Assembly (NCBI GenBank): GCA_965197585.1
Contig: OZ240215.1
Span: 1,920,001 to 1,984,000, forward strand
Reading direction: 5' to 3'
Source: Dehalococcoidia bacterium
GTDB lineage: Bacteria; Chloroflexota; Dehalococcoidia; Plut-88900
Length of the DNA stretch: 64,000 bases
A model generated the notes under the pieces. It searched no databases and had not been told where the DNA came from. It worked only from the letters and a program-made list of their open reading frames with translations. The translations under genes were made by a program, and so were the position numbers. Within the stretch, counting starts at the first letter, position 1, and every line of letters begins with the position of its first letter. Of the stretch, positions 46,960 to 56,903 are shown piece after piece.

Positions 46960-47754
46960 CTAGTAGTAATCTGCTAGGCAGATGCGAAGGTCCTCATAGG
47001 CAGTCTCAAAGCCCGTTACATCAAAAATAGCCTCAGTTTTCTCGCCTTCGCCATCATCTACATTGAGGCCGAAATATTGGCCATTCCGTTCAGCTTGTTT
47101 GATCAACTCGATCAATTCATCGAATTCCGGATTCAGATCGAATGCGTCAAACCAACCAGGTCGCTCGCATAGCGCACAAACCGCGATTATGCCCGAATGC
47201 CTCCCCTCGGCCAGAAACGATGCCATATGCGTTACGACCCCGTTGTGGTCGGACAGATAGGCCTTAAGCGTAACCTGATCATGCCTGTAGTCATCGTACT
47301 GAGGCCAGGGACCACTTCTATCCAGTTCAACAAACTCCGAAAGCGAGTTGCGGACCGCTGGGTTCCGCCAGACATCTACCGAGAGCGTGGGGCGCCCAAG
47401 GGTTTCCGAGGTTATGGCTGTCTCATGGACGTAGTCCTGAGCATCGAGGGTTATGAATGGAAGAGAATGGCTCTCGTCCAGAGTCCACTGACCTGCTACG
47501 TTCTTCGTCCGCACCCGACAAGATATCGGCGTAGGTGTAATGGTCGGCAGCGGCGAGGGTATCGGCGTGATGGTCGGCAACGGCGTGAGAGTCGGCATAG
47601 GCTCAGGTGTCATGGTGGCGACCGCAGTGGGCTTGGGCGTGTCCGTCGGAGACAGCGTAGGAGTTACCGGCATAGCACAGGTCAGCATCAGGCCCAGCAG
47701 GGATAGGAATGCACCAACGCGCAACAGCTCACACCCGCTCGGAGGCTTTGTCAT
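46960..47754 (-). CDS. Hypothetical exported protein/lipoprotein with Pro/Thr-rich linker
   Basis: Hydrophobic N-terminus ending MLTC, TPxPT repeats, globular C-terminal domain. Confidence 0.6.
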   Translation of the reverse strand: MTKPPSGCELLRVGAFLSLLGLMLTCAMPVTPTLSPTDTPKPTAVATMTPEPMPTLTPLPTITPIPSPLPTITPTPISCRVRTKNVAGQWTLDESHSLPFITLDAQDYVHETAITSETLGRPTLSVDVWRNPAVRNSLSEFVELDRSGPWPQYDDYRHDQVTLKAYLSDHNGVVTHMASFLAEGRHSGIIAVCALCERPGWFDAFDLNPEFDELIELIKQAERNGQYFGLNVDDGEGEKTEAIFDVTGFETAYEDLRICLADYY

Positions 47755-48065
47755 AAAGACGTTCAGATTGCTCTAACCTTTCTTATGCACGCCCCTTAGT
47801 GAAACCTTAGTACCTTAGTCCACACGAAATTCACGTGGAGGATATGGTGGGAAGAATTGCCATTGCCTACATATCGCAAGCGCATCTTATAGAGAGTCCC
47901 TAGCTCTAGCAAACAGTCTATCTAATTCAGTCAGATCTGCTGGCCAGCCGTTAAAGTTGAATGAGACCACCCAACGGTGATTTGTTGTACCAATACCACA
48001 TAGCTCCTTCTCAGGCCCAGGTGCATTCAAAGAATTCCTTTGCGTGAACGTGATCTAAGAGTCGC

Positions 48066-48359
48066 TCACTCCATCTGATCGATCAACTCCACAGCCCGAG
48101 CCTTGGGAAATGCCTTGAGCGTCGTGAAGCGGATATTCCCCTCCCTACCCGTGCCCATGGAGAACTTCAGCATAGTCTCGTCATCAGGAAACTCAAATAT
48201 GCCCACGAAGTCGTACATACCGAGGGTGAAGTGGATGGATTCAATCTTGCCACCCATCGCCTCCACCCTGGCAGCGGCGCCCGCCATCCTGTCAGGGGCT
48301 GCCTTGACAGCCTGAACGCCCTTGTCAGTGTAGTTCCCTAATACAACGTAGTTCGGCAT
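48066..48359 (-). CDS. GYD-domain protein
   Basis: MPNYVVL..YT..G, GGK, TLGMYD, TLKAF. Confidence 0.88.
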   Translation of the reverse strand: MPNYVVLGNYTDKGVQAVKAAPDRMAGAAARVEAMGGKIESIHFTLGMYDFVGIFEFPDDETMLKFSMGTGREGNIRFTTLKAFPKARAVELIDQME

Positions 48360-48407
48360 GTGGTGCTCCTTGTAAACGGTCAGTAGACGATTATTCTCTC
48401 GGTTTCC

Positions 48408-49469
48408 TTATCCCGGGCTCGCAAAGGCCAGGGCCCGTGCCGGGTTACCGACCAGTATCTGATCGATCTCCTCTGCCAGAAAACCCTTGCGTCGCATGAT
48501 GGGCTTCACGTTTTCCAGGATATGCGCGTATCCGTGGCCCCCATATTTGGTGAGACGGTGCTTGTTGCAAATATCCTGGGCCATCAGGACCTGACCCAGC
48601 CGACCTTCGTCCCGAAGATGCATGAAAAAATCCAGCCTCTTGCCATCGTTGGGCATGTCGATGGGTGAGAACGGGTAGAAGGTGGTCTCTGAACCGAAGA
48701 GGTCGAACTCGATGAAGCAACCGGTCTCGGCGAGCTTGTCCAAGGTGTCGTTGTCGAAGATTGTGCGATCTACGTGGCTCATTATCGTACGGGTAGGATC
48801 GCCACCCGTCTCCCGGACTATCTCCATTATCTCCAACGGCGCCTGAGGGTTACGCCCTGGATGAATCAACAGAGGAGCCCCTGTTAACCGTTGGGCCCGA
48901 GCCGCGGCCCGAAGGCTCTTCCGCTCATTCTCCTCCAAGGGCCACGAGCACCCTACCTCTCCTATCACCCCCGACCTGATACCCGTGTCCCCAACACCCT
49001 CTGTAATGTCGGAGACAATCTCCTCCACAATCTCATCTTCCGATTTGTCTACGATATTGCTGGGGTGATAATCATGGACGTAGTAGCCGGAGCCCATTAT
49101 CACGTTCAACCCCGTGGCCCGCGCTATTCGTGCCAAGCCCAGTGGGTCCCGCTTTATGCCAACGCTTGTCGCATCGACGATTGTCTGGCCCCCTGACTTC
49201 TTGAACCGGGCCGCCTCAGCTATGGCCGTATCCTCATCCAGGAGCTCCATGTTGTCCTTGTTGCCGCCGTAGTTGTAGCGGACCCACCACAAGTTATCTG
49301 TGGAGACCGGCTGGTAGGCGAAGGAGTAGCTGGTTGCGTCATCCGGGGCACTAAAGGTAGACCCGAGATCGATTAGCAGGTGCTCGTGGGTGAGGGCTAT
49401 CCCAAGCTCTTCTGCGGGCACGGGGCCCAGAACGGTTTGAGCTTTTCCCATCAAGTTGGATTCAGACAT
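48408..49469 (-). CDS. Phosphotriesterase-family (PTER/Php-like) metallohydrolase, fourth paralog
   Basis: QTVLG, THEH, GVIGEVGCSWP, IHPGR, MSHVDRT, QD, KYGGHGYAHIL; start placed at MSESN. Confidence 0.92.
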   Translation of the reverse strand: MSESNLMGKAQTVLGPVPAEELGIALTHEHLLIDLGSTFSAPDDATSYSFAYQPVSTDNLWWVRYNYGGNKDNMELLDEDTAIAEAARFKKSGGQTIVDATSVGIKRDPLGLARIARATGLNVIMGSGYYVHDYHPSNIVDKSEDEIVEEIVSDITEGVGDTGIRSGVIGEVGCSWPLEENERKSLRAAARAQRLTGAPLLIHPGRNPQAPLEIMEIVRETGGDPTRTIMSHVDRTIFDNDTLDKLAETGCFIEFDLFGSETTFYPFSPIDMPNDGKRLDFFMHLRDEGRLGQVLMAQDICNKHRLTKYGGHGYAHILENVKPIMRRKGFLAEEIDQILVGNPARALAFASPG

Positions 49470-49574
49470 AGGTATCCTCGGTTTCTGCAGGGTACCCAAT
49501 GCCGGAGCCGTGCCCTGCGACACACCTGGGACTTTCGCAACGGTAAACCGTGCGGTTCAGGCGGAAGGCGGCAG

Positions 49575-50873
49575 TTAACCGCGGGCCTGGTCCAGGGAGT
49601 AGTCCATCGCCTCGATAGTCTTCGCCACGTCCTCGTCGGAGTGGGCGCTGGCTATGTAGTACTTGGAGTCTCCCTTGAGCACTCCCGACTCCAGCATGGC
49701 GTGGTTGAACCGGGACATCATGGCTTTGTCCGCTTTAAGAGTGTCACGATAGTTGTTCACCTCGTCCACCCCGAAGTACACGTCGAAGCAAGGCGCTTCC
49801 CCTACAACCGTGCCCTGGATCTCCTTCTCCTTCAGCATACGGTCAAGCTCGGCCATCAGCTTGTTGCCCGTCTCCCAAATCCGGTCTACCCCACCCTCCC
49901 CCTTCAATATCTTAAGCGTCGCCATGCCGGCTGTTGCCGCTATGGGGTTGCCGCTCAGCGTGCCGACCCCAGGTACGAAGGTGCCTTCTTCTTTGGACAC
50001 GGGGTCAAAGACCCGCATGATCTCTTCTCGGCCCGCTACCGCGGACAGCGGATACCCGCCTCCCACTGCTTTACCGAAGGTGGCCATGTCGGGCGTAACG
50101 CCGTAGTACTCCTGTGCGCCGCCGTAAGACCACCGAAATCCGGTTACAACTTCATCGAAAATCAAGGGAATCTGGTAGTGGCTAGTTATCTCTCGCAATC
50201 CTTGCAGGAAGCCGGGCTTGGGAGGAATGATGCGCTGGCAGCACTCCGTGATAACTGCGCCCAGCTCATCGTGGTGCTTTTCTATCACTGCCTGCGTGGT
50301 CTCGAGGTCGTTGAATGGGCAGACCAGGACCTCGTTCTCAAGGACGGCGGGGATGCCGGCGGAGTTTCGGCTGGGTCGCGGGAACTCCCTCATCTCCGTC
50401 GGAGTTACGCTCATCAGGGCGTAGTCGTTGGTACCGTGGTATCCACCCTCGAACTTCAGGATCTTGTCACGGCCCCGGAAAGCCCGAGCCGCTTTCATTG
50501 CGAAATAGGTTGCCTCGGAGCCGCTGGAGAGGAACCGCACCTGCTCTGCGCACGGGATGGCGTTGACCATCTCCTCCGCCAGCTCTACCGCGGCGCCGTT
50601 AGTCGAAAAGTAGGTGCTCCCCTTGCCTATGACCTCCATTACTGCCGCTACCACGTCCGGGTGCGAGTGTCCTACCAGCATCGGCCCTGAGCCCAACAGG
50701 AAGTCGATGTACTCGTTTCCGCTGTAGTCCCAGACCTTGGAACCCAATGCCTCCTTGATGATCATGGCGTCATCGGGCTTGAAGAATATGTTGCCCGTCG
50801 AACCTCCAGGGAGGTACTTCGCGGCTTTTGCCAGAATAGCTTCCTCTTCGGCTGTCCTCTTCTGTCTCGACAT
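49575..50873 (-). CDS. Class III aminotransferase, glutamate-1-semialdehyde aminomutase (HemL)-like
   Basis: LPGGS, SSGSEA, KFEGGYHG, IFDEVVTGFR, FGKAVGGG, GTLSGNP. Confidence 0.88.
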   Translation of the reverse strand: MSRQKRTAEEEAILAKAAKYLPGGSTGNIFFKPDDAMIIKEALGSKVWDYSGNEYIDFLLGSGPMLVGHSHPDVVAAVMEVIGKGSTYFSTNGAAVELAEEMVNAIPCAEQVRFLSSGSEATYFAMKAARAFRGRDKILKFEGGYHGTNDYALMSVTPTEMREFPRPSRNSAGIPAVLENEVLVCPFNDLETTQAVIEKHHDELGAVITECCQRIIPPKPGFLQGLREITSHYQIPLIFDEVVTGFRWSYGGAQEYYGVTPDMATFGKAVGGGYPLSAVAGREEIMRVFDPVSKEEGTFVPGVGTLSGNPIAATAGMATLKILKGEGGVDRIWETGNKLMAELDRMLKEKEIQGTVVGEAPCFDVYFGVDEVNNYRDTLKADKAMMSRFNHAMLESGVLKGDSKYYIASAHSDEDVAKTIEAMDYSLDQARG

Positions 50874-50976
50874 CGTTCCCCCCTCAGGGTTGAATTTGCC
50901 CATAGAATATCACGAGGGGCAGCCATTGATAAACTGGTCTTTACTAGCTATGACAGCGCAGGACAGGTCCCAGGTC

Positions 50977-51005
50977 TTGACACCCTCCTACCCCTTACCT
51001 ATGTT
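50977..51005 (+). promoter_or_regulatory. Sigma70 promoter for bcp
   Basis: TTGACA-17-TATGTT. Confidence 0.55.
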
Positions 51006-51041
51006 TAACCCTGCCCGCACGCAACAAGGAGGAAGTACATC

Positions 51042-51494
51042 ATGCTTAAAGCCGGAGACCCGGCCCCCGATTTCGAGGCCGTACTAGACAGTGGAGATAA
51101 AGTCTCGCTTAACCAGTTCAAGGGCAAAAACGTGGTCCTCTATTTCTATCCGAAAGACAACACCCCCGGTTGCACGAGGGAAGCATGCGACTTCCGGGAC
51201 AACATCTCGTCCCTGGAAGAGAAGAACACGGTGATCCTCGGCGTGAGCCCCGACAGCGTGAAGTCCCACCAGAAATTCAAGGACAAGTTCGACCTTCCCT
51301 TCCCACTCATCAGCGACGAAGCCAAAGACGTTGCACAGGCCTTCGGTGTTTGGCGGGAAAAGAAGATGTACGGCAAGACCCGTATGGGAATCGTACGTTC
51401 CACCTTCATAATTGGCCCGGATGGGTTGATTGCCAAAGCCTACGACTCCGTCAAAGTCGCCGGCCACGTCGAGGATGTAATCGCCAGTTTGTAA
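51042..51494 (+). CDS. bcp: Thioredoxin-dependent peroxiredoxin Bcp
   Basis: YFYPKDNTPGCTREAC. Confidence 0.95.
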   Translation: MLKAGDPAPDFEAVLDSGDKVSLNQFKGKNVVLYFYPKDNTPGCTREACDFRDNISSLEEKNTVILGVSPDSVKSHQKFKDKFDLPFPLISDEAKDVAQAFGVWREKKMYGKTRMGIVRSTFIIGPDGLIAKAYDSVKVAGHVEDVIASL

Positions 51495-51527
51495 TGGCGC
51501 TGCCTACCCTTTTAATCGGAGGACAAC

Positions 51528-52319
51528 ATGAGACCAAACAAAATTAAACAGTTATGGCGTGAGGGTAAACCCGCTGCAATAGCCTGGGTCGGCAGTGCAG
51601 ACACGTACATGGCTGAGGTCCTGGCCAACGTGGGCCTCGACGCCCTGGTCCTCGACATGCAGCACGGCATGGGCATCGGGCCCGACAGAGCTGCCCAGTG
51701 GTTCCAGGCAGTGAGCACCACCGGCACCGTGCCCTTAGCCCGCGTGCCTTGGAACGACCCGGTGTGGTTCCAGTGGGTGTTGGATGCGGGCGCCTACGGG
51801 ATTATCGTTCCCCTGGTGAACAATGGTGAAGAGGCCGCTAAAGCCGGAATGTCCTGCCGTTACCCGCCAATAGGGTTTCGCAGCATCGGCCCCAATCGGG
51901 CTCCCCTATACGCCGGTTCCGACTATCTTGCCCATGCCAACGAAGAAATCATTTGCCTAGTAATGGTCGAGAACATCAACACCATCCCCAACCTGGAGGA
52001 AATGGCCAAGGCCCCCGGTATCGACGGTTTCTACATCGGCCCCGCCGACCTTGCCATATCCATGGGCGTCGACCCCCGGAAATACCAGGGAAGCAAGGAG
52101 CACGCCGAGGCCTCCCAGAAGGTGTTGGACGTGGCCCGGGCCAACGGGCTGGTTGCTGGGACCCACTGTGGGAGTCCGGAGGAAGCCAAAGAGCGCTTCA
52201 AGCAGGGCTTCGTAATGTGCCCCGCACTTTCTGACGCAAGTCTCATGGCGTCAGCGGCGAGGGACGCCCTGGAAAGAGCAAAGACTCCGGAGGCCGAGGG
52301 AACGAAACCCGTCTACTAG
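51528..52319 (+). CDS. HpcH/HpaI-family aldolase
   Basis: LDMQHG, ARVPWN, LDAGA.GIIVP, RYPP.G.R, IGPADL. Confidence 0.92.
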   Translation: MRPNKIKQLWREGKPAAIAWVGSADTYMAEVLANVGLDALVLDMQHGMGIGPDRAAQWFQAVSTTGTVPLARVPWNDPVWFQWVLDAGAYGIIVPLVNNGEEAAKAGMSCRYPPIGFRSIGPNRAPLYAGSDYLAHANEEIICLVMVENINTIPNLEEMAKAPGIDGFYIGPADLAISMGVDPRKYQGSKEHAEASQKVLDVARANGLVAGTHCGSPEEAKERFKQGFVMCPALSDASLMASAARDALERAKTPEAEGTKPVY

Positions 52320-52332
52320 TTCAGAGTGAAAC

Positions 52333-53589
52333 CTAGTTCTTATTGCCTCTGAAGTACCTCTTCCCCGAAGCCAGGGCCACGGGTCCCGCGGCTATGGTAG
52401 CCACTCCGAATGCAGCGAATACCCATGTGTATTCGCCCATACTGTCGAAAGCTACACCTGCCAAGTAGGGGCCCAATATCGCCCCGACGGCATAGGGTGC
52501 TGAAATCATTCCCTGGATAGCCCCGATATGTCCGTGTCCGAACTCGTCAGCCAAGAGTGGATATAGTACCGACCCGAAGGACTGGGCCGATAGTCCATAT
52601 ACAGCGATAAAGAGGCCCAGCGTCCAGGCGCTTTCAACGTTTGCCAGGGCGAGGATGCCGAGCCCCTGCAGAATGTACGATCCCGCCAAAACTATCCGCT
52701 TGTCCAAAACGTCCCCGAGCCAGCCGAACCCCAACTTGGGGATTAGGCCCAGCACCGAGACAACGGCAACTATCTGTCCACCCGTAGTCCTCGAAAGGCC
52801 TTCGGCTTCCAGGTGGGGCAGTATGTGCACCGACACGGAGACTAGCCCAAATATGGCCAATACCTGCCCAAACCCAAGTGCCCAGAATGTCCAAGTGGAC
52901 AGGGCCTGTCGAAGGGTAAAGTCCAAGCCACCATTCCGACTCTGGAGCGGCGTACTAGGTGGCGGTGTATCCAATCCATCGGGGTATAGGCCGTACTGCT
53001 CAGGCTTGTGGCGCAGGGCCATAGAGGTAGGGATACCGACAATTGCGAGGCCGATAGCCGCGGCAATGGAAGCAACACGCCAGTCATAGGTGTCGATACC
53101 CCAGACCAACAGAGGCGCTAACACTCCCCCCACGTTGGAGCCGCCCAGTAGCACTCCATTGGCCTTACCCCGATGTTTACGGAACCAGACCGCAGCAAGA
53201 GCCGGGCCGATGCCCGCAAAGAATATCGTCCATCCTACCGAGAGAACTGCAAAATCCAGGTAGAAGCTCCATGCCGACCGGCTGACAGACAGCAGCAGCA
53301 TCCCCGCCACCCCCAGCCCCGTGGCCAGGAACATAAGCGCCCGTCCGCCAAAACGGTCGAACAGCATCCCAACAAAGACCGAGCCGACCCCCGCCATTCC
53401 CTGCTGCATGGAGAACGCCAGAGAAGTTGATGCGCTCGAAAGCCCGAAGCTCTCCTTCCAGGGGTTGAAGAACGCCGTAAACCCCGATCCCATCACCCCC
53501 GACCAGTAGAAGTTGATGAAGAAGAAGGATATTGCTATCCACCACCCGTAATAGATCCTTGGGCGGCGGGCCGACTGCGCGGTCGACAT
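52333..53589 (-). CDS. MFS transporter (OFA-like)
   Basis: IYYGWW, G.LFDRFGGR, WF.KHRG.A.G, PE.YGL.PDG. Confidence 0.9.
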   Translation of the reverse strand: MSTAQSARRPRIYYGWWIAISFFFINFYWSGVMGSGFTAFFNPWKESFGLSSASTSLAFSMQQGMAGVGSVFVGMLFDRFGGRALMFLATGLGVAGMLLLSVSRSAWSFYLDFAVLSVGWTIFFAGIGPALAAVWFRKHRGKANGVLLGGSNVGGVLAPLLVWGIDTYDWRVASIAAAIGLAIVGIPTSMALRHKPEQYGLYPDGLDTPPPSTPLQSRNGGLDFTLRQALSTWTFWALGFGQVLAIFGLVSVSVHILPHLEAEGLSRTTGGQIVAVVSVLGLIPKLGFGWLGDVLDKRIVLAGSYILQGLGILALANVESAWTLGLFIAVYGLSAQSFGSVLYPLLADEFGHGHIGAIQGMISAPYAVGAILGPYLAGVAFDSMGEYTWVFAAFGVATIAAGPVALASGKRYFRGNKN

Positions 53590-53698
53590 TCGGGATGCCT
53601 CTCCTGGGAGCCTGTCAGTGCCAGGGAAAGTTATCGCGCATCATAGACAGATGCCACGCTGCTCACAAGTGAGGGTAAGGAAAGAGCCGGGGGGTGAT

Positions 53699-54973
53699 TT
53701 AGGTAGGGGCCGGAACGGGATTGCCTGTCCAATATATACGCCGCATGGTTGGGCCTATGCCACTGAACAGTGTCACTGCAAGGAACGCAACGCCTCCGAT
53801 GCTCAGGAGCCAGAACGGGTCGGCGAGTTCCGCCAAAGCGCCATTGCCCAGATTGGCGAAGGACATTATTCCTCCGGCGTGGATTATGTATATGCTCGAT
53901 ATCCGGCCCCTTACCGCGTCCGGGACCATCGATTGCATCATGGTCAAGGTTATAACCATATAGGCCGTCTGCGTCGCTCCCATCACACTGGCTGCGAGCA
54001 TGCCTATCGCCATGTTGGGAGCGACCGCAAGGGCCAACGGGGCTAATGCGCTGAGCACTCCCGCAATTAAGAGCAATCTGCCCCGATACCTCTCCGATCG
54101 AATCCCCGCGAGATAAATGGAAGACACCATTGCCCCCGCCCCTACTGCCATCATCAGGTATCCCACCCCGCTGCCACCCCACCCAAATCTCTCGTCAGAC
54201 AAAACGGGGAGCAATGCTTCGAAGGACATGGTCAGGCCACAGTGGAAGGTTATCAGCAGGACGATCATCGTCAGTGCAGGCCTTCTGTAGACATAGCTGA
54301 ACCCTGCGATCAAGTTTGAAATAAAGCCCTTGCTCGCCTCCATTGCCCCGGTCGAAACCGTGCTGATGCCCAGCACGAGTACTAGGCTCAGTATGAAGGG
54401 TACGTTGCATGCGGCGAAAACCCAGCCAGGTTCAACTGTGGCCAGCAGTGGGGCAATCAGGCCAGGGCCCACGAGCCTCGACGCGTGGAAGGTTGCCGAA
54501 TTGAGGGCGTAGGCGTTGATCATCAGGTCACGGGGGACTAGATTCGCAACTAAGGAGAAGGCTGTCGGGGTCTGCACTGCCCTCGCCGACCCGTTTATGA
54601 ATGACAATGCGACCAGGTGCCACAACTCCAAAGCCCCTGTGAATGCCAGGACGGTCAATGCTACGCATTGAGCCCAGGCCAGCATGAAGGTGAACGCCAG
54701 GACGTGCTTTCTAACGAAGCGATCGGCAAGATAGCCGGCGATAGGCGGAACAATGATGAACGGGATCATGCCCGCGAAGACTACAATCCCGACCCACAGG
54801 TCGCCGTGCTCGTCCGCAATGTCCCGGGCCATCACCGCCCGCACGGTTATCAGCGCCCAAGTTCCCGAGTCCGACAGCAGTATCGCCGTCCAGAGAAACC
54901 GGAAGTCCCGATGACCCAACGCGGGGAAGTATCGCCCGCCAACATTGCGGCTGATGTTGTCTAGAGAAGTCAA
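53699..54973 (-). CDS. MFS transporter (MFS_3/EntS-like)
   Basis: AL.HRDFR.LW, AG.LADRF, VPD..RGR. Confidence 0.9.
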   Translation of the reverse strand: MTSLDNISRNVGGRYFPALGHRDFRFLWTAILLSDSGTWALITVRAVMARDIADEHGDLWVGIVVFAGMIPFIIVPPIAGYLADRFVRKHVLAFTFMLAWAQCVALTVLAFTGALELWHLVALSFINGSARAVQTPTAFSLVANLVPRDLMINAYALNSATFHASRLVGPGLIAPLLATVEPGWVFAACNVPFILSLVLVLGISTVSTGAMEASKGFISNLIAGFSYVYRRPALTMIVLLITFHCGLTMSFEALLPVLSDERFGWGGSGVGYLMMAVGAGAMVSSIYLAGIRSERYRGRLLLIAGVLSALAPLALAVAPNMAIGMLAASVMGATQTAYMVITLTMMQSMVPDAVRGRISSIYIIHAGGIMSFANLGNGALAELADPFWLLSIGGVAFLAVTLFSGIGPTMRRIYWTGNPVPAPT

Positions 54974-55010
54974 ATGCCCCGGACTCGCTGCGGGCCTAAA
55001 TCACTAATGT

Positions 55011-55511
55011 CTATTGTCTTCCCCAGCCGGGATTATTGCCGCGCATGCGGGCCAGCCAGTCGTCCCGCTTCTCGGGAGTGAATATCTCTGCGGAGGCCTC
55101 ACTCATCACTCCCTCGGTTAAATCTATCCGCTTGTCAGCCCCGGCCAGAGTCAGCATACCCGACACTGAATACTTACCGTATGTCCGGTGCTCTCCCTCG
55201 AACCTTCCACCGACAATCAGAGTCTCTAACCCCGAGTTCATGATCGCCCCGCAGCACATGGGGCAGCACTCGAAGGTCACGTACATCGTGCATCCGGCCA
55301 GGTACGGGCTCCCGATATTGGCCGCGGCGTTCCGTATGGCCAAGAGCTCGGCGTGGGCCGTGGGGTCGCAGTCGACCATGACCCGCGGCTCGCTCTGCCC
55401 GATGATCTCACCGTCCTTCAAAATAATCGCCGCTACCGGCACGTCCCCGTGGGACTCGGCTGTCCGGGCCAACTCCAGGGCCTGTTCCATCACTCTTTCG
55501 TCTATCTCCAC
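55011..55511 (-). CDS. Nucleoside/tRNA deaminase (TadA/guanine deaminase-like)
   Basis: DPTAHAE, ECCPMC zinc-binding motifs. Confidence 0.88.
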   Translation of the reverse strand: MEIDERVMEQALELARTAESHGDVPVAAIILKDGEIIGQSEPRVMVDCDPTAHAELLAIRNAAANIGSPYLAGCTMYVTFECCPMCCGAIMNSGLETLIVGGRFEGEHRTYGKYSVSGMLTLAGADKRIDLTEGVMSEASAEIFTPEKRDDWLARMRGNNPGWGRQ

Positions 55512-55520
55512 ATTCGCCTC

Positions 55521-56042
55521 CTATGACCAGAAACGGTCGCAGTACTCTTCCAGGGAATCCCTGGTGCTGGGGAAGGCCAAATCATCCCACGGGATTTCGT
55601 CTCGATCGAAAAAGCCGATGCTTATGGATTCGTCCAAGGCTCGGGGCTCTCCCTCAACTATCGTCCCCGCGTATACGATTATCACCACCGGCGAGCCTTC
55701 GTAGGAATAAGCTCCAATAAGCCCGTCTATCGAGACCTTGATCCCAGCCTCTTCCATGGACTCACGTGCGGCCGCGCCTTCCAGAGTCTCGCCGGCGTCC
55801 ACAAAACCGCCGGGGAACACCCACTTCCCGTAAGCGGGCTCGATTCCCCGCCTAAGCAACACCAGCTTCCCATCAGACCTCACAATCGCCCCCGACGCAA
55901 CTCTCGGGTTCAAATACTGGATATATCCGCAGGCTTCACAGACCAGTCTCTCGGGCTCCCCCTCCTTGACCAGCTTCAACCCAAGCCGACCCCCGCAACG
56001 AATGCAGAACTTGTATCCTGAGTGTTTGTGGTCGTGCGGCAT
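55521..56042 (-). CDS. NUDIX hydrolase with N-terminal zinc ribbon
   Basis: FCIRCG, CEACG..Y.NP, PGGFVDAGETLE.AA.RES.EEAG; start may be 56093. Confidence 0.9.
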   Translation of the reverse strand: MPHDHKHSGYKFCIRCGGRLGLKLVKEGEPERLVCEACGYIQYLNPRVASGAIVRSDGKLVLLRRGIEPAYGKWVFPGGFVDAGETLEGAAARESMEEAGIKVSIDGLIGAYSYEGSPVVIIVYAGTIVEGEPRALDESISIGFFDRDEIPWDDLAFPSTRDSLEEYCDRFWS

Positions 56043-56194
56043 GGAGTCTTTAATCAGTGTGTCCAGTCCGGCTAAGGAGGACAGAAATGACACTTGGGGA
56101 CGCTGAATTGGCTAGAGTTCCGCCGATTATAGCAAACACCCATGTCGGGGATTCGAGGGAGGGTCAAGGAAGCGAGGGTTCCTTACGCCGATGA

Positions 56195-56584
56195 TCACCC
56201 AAGACCCGGCAAGCGCTTAACATGCTCTTCAAGCCACACGTTCAATTCCGCGAACCGGAATGAATGTGACTCGAACAGATGCATGAAGAAGGCATACACT
56301 TCTTCGTTGCCACAGTCGATGAAGTGTCTGTTAAGGCGTAGAAAAGCATCCGTAACAGCGAACGCTACCCGCTTGTTGCCGTCTATGAAGGGATGGTTCA
56401 TAGCCAAACTCTCCATCATCGCGGCTCCTTCCTGGATGAGGCCATCGTAATAACCGATCTGAGGCCGCATCAGCGCCGAGGCCAATGCCCCCTCGTCACG
56501 TAGCCCCTGTGCGCCTCCATGCTCGCGGATCAAGAGATCATGTGTAGCTATGACGTCCTCAATGGAAGGATAACTATGGGTCAT
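56195..56584 (-). CDS. Death-on-curing (Doc/Fic) family toxin
   Basis: NHPFIDGNKR; GLRD.G.L.SAL.RP. Confidence 0.92.
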   Translation of the reverse strand: MTHSYPSIEDVIATHDLLIREHGGAQGLRDEGALASALMRPQIGYYDGLIQEGAAMMESLAMNHPFIDGNKRVAFAVTDAFLRLNRHFIDCGNEEVYAFFMHLFESHSFRFAELNVWLEEHVKRLPGLG

Positions 56585-56808
56585 TGGGCGAGCAATTCAA
56601 GAAGACGGCGATTTCGCTCCATGCTCGCCCTGGCGTGGGCCATGAACACCGGGTTGGGTTTCTGCCGATCCCTGTTGGTGATATATTCCCGCAAAGCGTC
56701 CTCCAGTACTACTTGGAACTGACGCCCTTCCTTGCGAGCGATCTCACGCATAGCATTCAACAACTCTGGAGAGGCCTGACTTGAGAATTTCTCTCGAGAC
56801 GCAACCAT
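56581..56808 (-). CDS. Probable antitoxin of the Doc toxin (RHH-like)
   Basis: KFSSQA.PELL..MREIA..EGRQ.Q..LE.AL; 4-bp overlap; RBS gaggag. Confidence 0.75.
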   Translation of the reverse strand: MVASREKFSSQASPELLNAMREIARKEGRQFQVVLEDALREYITNRDRQKPNPVFMAHARASMERNRRLLELLAQ

Positions 56809-56850
56809 TTCACATTTCTCCTCTGTATGGTCCCCCCATTTTGTCGCCAT

Positions 56851-56892
56851 GCATCAATCATTGTCAAGAAACATCTTGATGTAAATTGATGC
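56851..56892. promoter_or_regulatory. Nested inverted repeats upstream of the Doc TA operon (probable operator)
   Basis: gcatcaat...attgatgc enclosing tcaaga-aaca-tcttga; overlaps a minus-strand TTGACA. Confidence 0.55.
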
Positions 56893-56903
56893 CAGCCACT
56901 TCC

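Noticed and set aside
49380-50690. 436-aa plus-strand ORF and many other long antisense ORFs
   Set aside because: Shadow frames of well-supported opposite-strand genes in GC-rich DNA
49575-50873. Naming this gene hemL
   Set aside because: HemL-like paralogs are common and no heme-pathway context is present; left as family level
55011-55511. Naming this gene tadA
   Set aside because: It lacks the typical TadA EPCxMC and downstream D.K.G signature; substrate is uncertain
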